Below the pieces are notes generated by a model. It made no database searches and was not told the origin of the DNA. It saw nothing but the letters and a program-made list of their open reading frames with translations. Below, piece by piece: positions 56,876 through 64,000 of a DNA stretch of 64,000 nt. The stretch's first letter is position 1; every line of letters begins with the position of its first letter. This DNA is from an uncultured Acidobacteriaceae bacterium (lineage in GTDB: Bacteria > Acidobacteriota > Terriglobia > Terriglobales > Acidobacteriaceae), in the NCBI GenBank assembly GCA_963745725.1, contig CAVUYJ010000002.1, forward strand, positions 21,964-85,963, written 5' to 3'. Both the position numbers and the translations under genes were made by a program.

Positions 56876-59800
56876 TTAAAAATTGAACTTGAACGCCCCC
56901 TGCAGGATGCGTGGCGGCGCGGCGCTGATGGCGTTGCCGAAGGTCGAGCTTCCGATATTGCCGTCGATCGCGGTGGCGCCGTTGAATTGGGTGTGGTTGA
57001 AAACGTTGAACGCCTCCACCCGGAAGAGCAGCGACTTCGATTCGGTGAGTGCCAACTTCTTCGCGACCGCCATATCAAAGTTGTCCGCACCTGGACCATA
57101 GAAGAACCGCCTCTTGGCGTTGCCTGGGGTGCCGATCGCATTCATGGGGAAGACGGCGGAATCGAAATAATTGTTCCCATTCTTTCTTGGATTCCCGCTC
57201 AGGTGAAGCGGACCGCCGGTGTAGTCGGGCTCATCGATGCTGCTGTTGTTGATGCCGTTTGGATTGGTCCCGATCAGCGAATTGTCTCCGTTGTTCACCA
57301 TGGTTACGGGGAAGCCGCTGGAGAAGCGCGTGATCCCGGCCAGGGACCAGCCACTGGTCAGCCGGTTGGGACGAAAGAACTGATCGAACGGCAGCTGATA
57401 CTCGTAGCTGACGACAAAGTTATTTTTCACATCGAAGGATGAGATGGCATAGCTGAGCGCGGGATTGAAGGGGTTCACTTCCTCCGCCGGGTTCGATGAC
57501 TGATCCAGGGACTTGCTGTAGGTATAAGCGGCAGAAAACTCAAGCCGGCCGCTGGTGTGACGAGCACTCAGTTCCATTGCGTTGTAATTGGCGTGGCCAA
57601 TCGTGGATTGCAGTGCATTGCTGCCGAAGTTGGAGCCGAGCGGTCCGCGCGTGCCATTCACCTGTCCACCGGCTATCGGGTAATAGACCGTGTCCTCGCC
57701 GTTAGGGCCGCAGGTAAGTGTTCCCGGTTGTACTTCGCTGGTTTGGCTGAGGCTCAGGCAGAGCGACGGATTTCCTGGGTTCGGCTCAATGAGAACCCGC
57801 TGCCGATGGCTCGACGTCCCGATATAACTCGCGCTAAAGACTGTGTTGGGGCCAGCCTGCCGTTCAATCGAAATCATCCATTCCGCGGTGTAGGGTGTGC
57901 GGCCGTGAATGTCATATCCCGGGATGCCTTCGATGGGCTCATAGGTGCCCCAGTCGATATTGGGATCGGGATTGCGCCGCGAAGAATTGAGCGGTGCAAA
58001 CGTGTAAGGAAAAGGCTGCCCATTGTTCTGCCCGTTGGCGGCGGTAATGAAGGGGGTTGCGAACAGCGGAGGCGCCGGGCTGGTGTAGGTAGTGCCATAA
58101 GGCGCGTTCGCAGCCAGCACTCCAATCGATAGGGCATCGATCGCGGTGTAGAAATTGCCAAAGCTCGTCCGTACGCTGGTGCTGCCGGGCGCCCCCAGGA
58201 TCTTACCCAGGAAGGTGCCGCTTTCTGCCTGCGGCGACCAGGCCAAGCCAACCCGCGGTGCAAAGCTACGGTTACTGATCTGGGCGAGCGTATTCGGTAT
58301 GCCTTGACCGTTGACCCGATCGCCTGGATACAGGATGCCCGGAGGTGCGCCAGGAAATACCACTGACTGCGCCCCTGCGACGAAGGTCGATATCTGGTTG
58401 TACTTTTCCGACCAAGGCGCGATACGGTCCCAGCGCAGGCCGTAGTTCAACGTGAGGTTGGGAGAATATGCCAGCTATCCTGAGCGAACAGGCCGACGTA
58501 TTTGTTCCGGGCATAAGAAAGGGTTGAGTTGGCTTTGATTGTATTGGCTGGGCACGCCGATCAGAAAGTCGGCAAAGTCCACCCCGGTTTCTGTTCCTGA
58601 GAAAACGAAGCTGCCATTGAACTGCGCGATGGGGTGAGCATTGACCTGGTCGGCATGGAACTCTGCGCCGTACTTCATGGTGTGGCTGCCCAGCACCTTC
58701 GACACCGCGTCGGTTACCTGATAGGTGTTGTTGACCTGGGTGAGCTGATTGGCCGCCGCGCCGGTCGAGTATCCGTTGAAGTTCAGGTTCTCGACGCTCT
58801 GCCCCTTGGGGTCGAGGGCAACAATGCTGGGGCTTCCGTCAGCATTTTCGAAGCCTTGCGAATAAGACTTACGCCGGTGCCGCCCACCGGCTGACCCAGG
58901 TCGGTGTTGTTGCGCATATAGCTGACGTGTAGTTCGTTGACCATCGTGGTGCTGAAGGTCTTGGTGCTCCCCAGGGCAAAGAGCTGTGCTCGCCCGGTGG
59001 TGATGGCGCTGAAGCCAGGAACGCTGGCGCCGCTCTGCACCACTGGATATGGATTGCTGAGATCGAAGTCGTCGATGAAGTAGTAGCCGGAGAACAGCCC
59101 CAATCGCGAATTCGCGTCCAGGCGAACCGCCCCCTTATCGTCGCGCACCGTCTGGTTAAAGGCGGAGGTGGCGTAGCCGTTGGGAGTATTCGGAGTCGGA
59201 ATGTATTGCAGCATGCGTTGCGCCGGAACCGACCAGGCCTTCTGGGGAATGGTGGCGTTGGGAAAGACGCATTGGGTGGAGTTCACGCATCCCGCCACAT
59301 AGTACGACTCGCCCGAGGTCACGCCGTAGCCAAGTTTCTGGGTGAGCAGGTTGGCGAAATAAGGTCCGCCGACCACCCCGCCGAGGCCGCTCGAGAGGTC
59401 GGCGAGATTGCCCGCTCGATCCGCGCTCGATGGCACGCTGATGGTGCCGGTGTCGATACCCTGTGTTTGCCGGGTTCCCTGGTAGTCGGCGAAGAAGAAG
59501 ATCCGGTCGTGACGAATGGGCCCGCCGATGGTTCCACCGAACTGGTTTTGGCGGAAGGCGCCGCGCGTAGGAGAGAAGTAGTTGCGCGCGTCCAGGTCGG
59601 TGTTGCGCAGAAACTCAAATGCATCGCCATGAAATCCATTGCTACCGGATTTGGTGATGACGTTGATCTGCCCGCCGCTGAACTCCCCATACTCCGCGTC
59701 GAAGTTGCTGGTGATGATGCGGAACTCGTCGATGGCGTCGAGGTTGGGAATGATGGAGGTGCCGGCATTGACGTCCTCTTCGACGTCAGCACCGTTCACG

Positions 59801-60433
59801 CTGAAGTAGTTGGCAAACTCGCGCTGCCCATTGACCGAGATGGTGCCGGGATTGAGCGTCCCCGAAGGGTTGAGCACGGTGGCGCCCACATCCTGCACCG
59901 TGGTAGAAGTAATCGTTGTCTGCGGGGCGACGCCCGGGCTGCAGAGAGAGCAGATCGGTATAGCTGCGGCCGTCGAGAGGCACTGCGGTCATCTGCCGGC
60001 CGGTGATCACCTGGCCCAGCTGCGTGCTGGTGGTCTCCACGTGCAACGAGTTGTCAATCACGCTCACAGTTTGCGCGACGCCACCGACTTCGAGCGCAGC
60101 ATCGAGGGTAAGCGCCGCGTTGGTGTCGAGTACGATATCGGTACGTTGATAGCCGGAAAAGCCGGGCGCCTGCACCTGCAATTCGTAATGGCCAACCGGT
60201 AGGACCGGGAAAATATAGAACCCCTTGTTGTCGCTGTGGGTCTGGTACGCAAGCGCGGTGCTGATTTCACGAACAGTGACGCTCGCGTTGGGAACCACAC
60301 GCCCGGCAGGGTCCTTGATCGTGCCCGAGATACTCCCGCCCACACTGGCCCAGGCTGCGCAGGCAGAGAGCAGGGAAACGATCAATAGAGCGCGTAAGGT
60401 TGGCAGCAGCGGAGGCTTCGTTCTGATGAACAT
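56876..60433 (-). pseudogene. TonB-dependent receptor with CarboxypepD_reg-like N-domain, split by at least 4 single-base frameshifts
   Basis: Four pieces: 59786..60706 (Met at 60433, signal peptide, GSISGTIKDPAGRVVPNASVTV), 58783..59898 (ISVNGQRE, NVITKSGSN), 58475..58705, and 56876..58450 (ends ...LQGAFKFNF). Reading across frames restores continuous receptor sequence, e.g. LQPG|VAPQTTITSTTVQDVGATV and GVSLI|SQGFENADGSPSIVALDPKGQSVENLNFNGY. Shifts fall at ~59933-59938, ~58862, 58521-58523 and 58460-58462. Confidence 0.85.
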
Positions 60434-60459
60434 TTGTTTCCAATCTTCCTGGCAGACAG

Positions 60460-62986
60460 TCACTGGATGGTGATCGGGACGTTGACGCTGGTTTGGTCTT
60501 GCGATGAGCCGCTGCCTGCCGTCGCTGTCACTACAACGGTGTAAGTGCCCTTGGCGGTTCCCGGGTTGGTCTGCGCTGTGCCGCCGCAACCGATGACGGC
60601 AAAGACAATGGCCATCAACGCCAACAGGAACACGGCAGCGCCGCGCCGGCGGGGAAGCCCGATCAGAAGCAGGCAAGCGAGACTGGCGCCCCCGCCCGCG
60701 AGCCATCCCGGCATCCCCCTGCGAGCGCTGACCTGGGGATGGGGTGGGGTGGTATTGACGCTGAGCGAAGCCTGCCCGGTGCCGGTCATCGACTTAGGAT
60801 TCACAAAGCAGGCCGATTGCGTCAGCGTGGACGGCATGGTGCAGGTGAGGGTGATCGGCGCGGTGTAGTTGTTGGCTACGTTCACCATGACCGGTGCGAT
60901 GACGGCCGACCCCACAGGGGCGGCCGCTCCAGCGGAAGCCAATGCAAAATTTGAAATCGTGATAGGCACGTTCCCCGATAGCGACTCCATATACGTCGTA
61001 TCGCCTTGATAGAACGCAGTCAGATTGCTGCTGCCGGAGTCTCCATTGATGGTCGTGGTCACCGCCGCCTGTCCGTTAACCAGAGCGACCGGGTCGCCAA
61101 CGTTGATGCCATTCAGTTGGAACTGAACAGTACCCGTTGGCGTGGCAACTCCCGTCGTGGCATCGAGGACGTTCGCCGCCAACGAGATCTTTCCGTTCGG
61201 TGTAACGCTGCTGGTCGAGGCCGTGGCGGTGGTCGTTGAGGCCAATCCGGCAGAAGGCAGCACCCGGATCGCCCCCATCATGCCGGCGTCTTCGTGTTGC
61301 AGAATGTGGCAGTGATACACGAACGTGCCGACAATATTAGGATCGCGGAAATCCATCCGCACTTTCACTCTGGGATACGGGCCGCTGCCACTCCAGAAAG
61401 GCAGATCGACCGTGTCTCGGATGGCCGGATCGTTGACCGGCTGGCCATTCACTGCAAGCACCTGAAAGTGAATCTGATGGATGTGAAAGATGTGATCTTC
61501 GAGCGCAGTATTCTGCACCACCCAGTCTTCGACCGTGCCCGAGTGGACAACGATGTTGGGCGGGCTCTTCATGTCGAATAAAGCGGGTTGCTGGCCTTCT
61601 TCGGTGATAAAGAAATTCGTCGGACTATTGGGGTCGGTTGGGTCTTGCAATACTTCGGAGAAATACAGATTGCGCTGCGCGATGGGGGTCGCCGCTGCCA
61701 ATGCGGCGAAGCGAGTCACTCTGGTTCGCACCGCATGCGATGGCAAGCTGCTTGACCGCGGCGCTTTCGATTCCGCTCTGGCTCTCGATGTTGGCAATCG
61801 GCCGCGTCGGGTCGAAGTCCCCATCGGGACCGGTATCCCAATTCTGGGTGATCAATTGCGCCTGATCGGTGGTCTTCGGCGTGGTTACCACAAACTCGGC
61901 GCGCGCGCCGGGCCCCATGAGGATGCTGGTCTCGCTCTCGGATGTTTGCCCGCTGCTACCGGAGGCAATAGGGTAACCATCGATCGCCACCACTTGCAAT
62001 GGCTGCGGCGTTCCGTTGACCACGTACTGCAGGTTCAGGATGGTGTCTGCGGAGGAGTTCACCACACGCCACAACTCCTGTTGCGTTGGATTGGTCTGGA
62101 TGACCGCCGGCGTGTATTTCGGATAGGTCACTGGAACGTAATTGATCGAAAGATCCCAGGCAGGAATGTTGGCATCGTTGCTTTCCGAAGCCGGCAGCAG
62201 TTGGTCGCGAATGACAAAGGTACGCTCGGTCAGGCCGGCTAGTGAGGGGTCGACATTTTGCAGACCCTCAACGATCAACGCGCCGGTAGCTCCGCCCTGC
62301 ACCTGGCCCTCAGAAAAGCCATGGGGGTGGGGATGGTACCAGTAGAGCCCCGGGGGCTCGTTCTGCGGAATTTGCACGTTGTAATCGAAGCGTTGACCAG
62401 GCTGGATCAAAGTGTGCACCACCTCATCCTGCCCGCAGACCGGCGCGGTATTGGTCCCGTGGAAGTGGATGTTGGTCGCGGTCGCCGTCATGGTTCCATT
62501 GCAGGCGCTGCTGCTGCTGGTGGCGGTCTGCGGAGAGAGGCTCATCTTCATGCCCGCCATATTGTCACTGGCACTGGTCGCCGCAGCGGCAGGCAGGCCG
62601 TTTTGAAAGTGAATGGTCAGCAGGTCGCCGGGGTTCACTCGAAGTGTGGGTGATTCGAGCCCGGTATCGGTCACGTAGCAGTAGCGGGGAAGTCCCTGGG
62701 AGTCGGTCGTGGTCAGGAATTTTAAAGTAACTTCGAGCACGCCATTCTGGCTCTTCAATTCCGGCGGCGCGGTCGTCGGGGAACCAGCGGCGAAACGCGC
62801 GCACACCTGGTCTGCCGGATCAGCGGCAGACGCTGCGGCTGAGCTCACCCTGCCGGCGGCGGCCGACATCTTTGCCATATCCTGGGCTGACATCGCGCCC
62901 CGGCCGTTTGCATGCTGCGCGCCGGCAGGAAACACAAACAACAGCAGCAACAAAGCCAAAAAGCAAAGCAGGCCCGTGCGTTTCAT
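60460..62986 (-). pseudogene. multicopper oxidase (laccase-like) with C-terminal Ig-like/TM extension; one frameshift at G5 run 61684-61688
   Basis: Track ORFs 61625..63004 (Met at 62986, signal peptide, Cu motifs HFHGT, WYHPHPH) and 60460..61824 (HIFHIHQ, HCHILQHEDAGMM). Deleting one base of the run joins ...RRIGSGDP to IAQRNLYFSEV.... Confidence 0.8.
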
Positions 62987-63177
62987 CCTTCTGTCTCCAG
63001 ACACACGTCAAGCAGCGAGGCTGGTGCAAGAAAGGCACCGGCCATCGTGACAGTTGAAATCTAGCGGGTGGGGGTCCTATAGTGAAGGAAGCCCGCAGTC
63101 TATTCGGCTGTGGCCCACAGGTCCTCGCGGTCTCCGCCAAGAGCTATCCGCGAGGATCTGTTTTTCTTTTGAAATCT

Positions 63178-63627
63178 TCAGGAGGCTTTTTGCCGCGCAG
63201 TACAACGGCTGCACATTCCTCCTACTTCGAGACGCATAACCTGGATGGAAAAGTTCTTTTGCGCGGCAATCTCGCGCTTCAATCTTTGGAAGGTGGGGCT
63301 GTCAAATTCCTCAATCTCTCCGCAATGGAAGCACGCCAGATGCAGATGATCTTTTTGGGTCTTGACCTCGTAGTAATGCTTTTCGCCGTTGAGGTGCATC
63401 AGATCCAGCTCGTCAATCAGTCCCAGCCGTTTGAGCAGCTCCAGGGTGCGGTAGACGGTAGCGCGATCGATATTGGGGTCCCGCTCACGAGCACGAGAAA
63501 GCAGCGTGGCCGCATCCAGATGTCCATCCGCCCGCTGGATGGTTTCGATCAGTGCCCGCCTCTGCGCCGTCAAACGCACGCCCCGTCCTTCTACCTGATT
63601 CAACAGATCGCAGCGTTTCGGCATCAT
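63178..63627 (-). CDS. Fur-family metalloregulator
   Basis: Start MMPKRCDLL at 63627. wHTH RATVYRTLELLKRLGLI. HLHLACFHCGEIEEF and GGMCSRC give two CxxC pairs. Confidence 0.85.
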   Translation of the reverse strand: MMPKRCDLLNQVEGRGVRLTAQRRALIETIQRADGHLDAATLLSRARERDPNIDRATVYRTLELLKRLGLIDELDLMHLNGEKHYYEVKTQKDHLHLACFHCGEIEEFDSPTFQRLKREIAAQKNFSIQVMRLEVGGMCSRCTARQKAS

Positions 63628-63803
63628 GTCTAGTTGCGACTCATTCGCACATATACAATATACGACAAAATTGGTCCGATTACAACAAGCCAACCGAAAT
63701 TTCACCCACGGCCGCCAAGCCAAGCCAAATGAAACGCGCCCTTACAGGAACTCGAGGGGTGCGCAAATTGCGGCAGGAAGCACGAATCCCAGATAATACG
63801 GCG

Positions 63804-64000
63804 ATGCGAATCCTGGTAGTCGGCGCGGGCGCCGTCGGTGGCTATTTCGGCGGCCGTCTGGCCGATGCTGGAAGAGACGTGACCTTCCTTGTCCGTAGCC
63901 GCCAGGCAGAGCTGATACGCAAACACAGTTTGCGCATTGTAAGCCGCCACGGAAACGCGACTCTACAACCTACGCTCATCCTGGCCGAGGAGATCGCCGG
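63804..64000 (+). CDS. ketopantoate reductase (ApbA/PanE) family protein, 5' part (runs off window)
   Basis: ATG at 63804 gives MRILVVGAGAVGGYFGGRLADAGRDVTFLVRS, the Rossmann GxGxxG of the PanE family. Absent from the ORF track because there is no stop inside the window. Confidence 0.7.
   Translation, partial: MRILVVGAGAVGGYFGGRLADAGRDVTFLVRSRQAELIRKHSLRIVSRHGNATLQPTLILAEEIA

Noticed and set aside
63628-63700. AT-rich stretch upstream of the Fur-family gene (CATATACAATATACG), considered as a Fur/Zur/PerR box
   Set aside because: It is a direct repeat of ATATAC rather than the inverted 7-1-7 or 9-1-9 architecture of known boxes. This is insufficient to call an operator.

Overview
64-kb high-GC chromosomal segment that looks acidobacterial (Terriglobia-like). 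Evidence for that: a PadR regulator paired with an ADOP-type duplicated FtsX permease, TonB-dependent receptors with CarboxypepD_reg-like N-domains, and 'gtcatcctgagcgaagc'-type REP-like repeats. About 60 protein genes are supportable, covering transport, regulators, redox and catabolic enzymes (the hmgA-fahA pair) and envelope functions. I recognised no rRNA, tRNA, CRISPR array, transposase, integrase or phage structural gene. Main observations: (1) An intact 808-813 aa single gene (18581-21007) fuses a SIR2_2-type NAD-binding domain to a complete GT4 glycosyltransferase and an unassignable ~140-aa tail. I do not know this architecture from any described system, and it is my best candidate for something new, possibly a defence or NAD-linked effector. 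(2) A conserved intergenic element occurs three times (about 10.6-11.2 kb, 21.1-21.4 kb and 30.76-30.89 kb). It has an AT-rich box and hairpins that favour the minus strand, so it may be a structured sRNA or a small mobile element. (3) A 0.79-kb direct segmental duplication carries mscL, here with a C-terminal CxxC..CxxC ribbon, plus a methyltransferase 5' remnant. The two copies bracket about 6.2 kb. (4) At least 9 conserved genes are broken by single-base frameshifts. Almost all that I could localise fall in short homopolymer runs, which points to assembly indel errors rather than real pseudogenes. This is a caveat for every gene call here. All family assignments come from reading motifs by eye. 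No searches were run, and GC statements are visual impressions.
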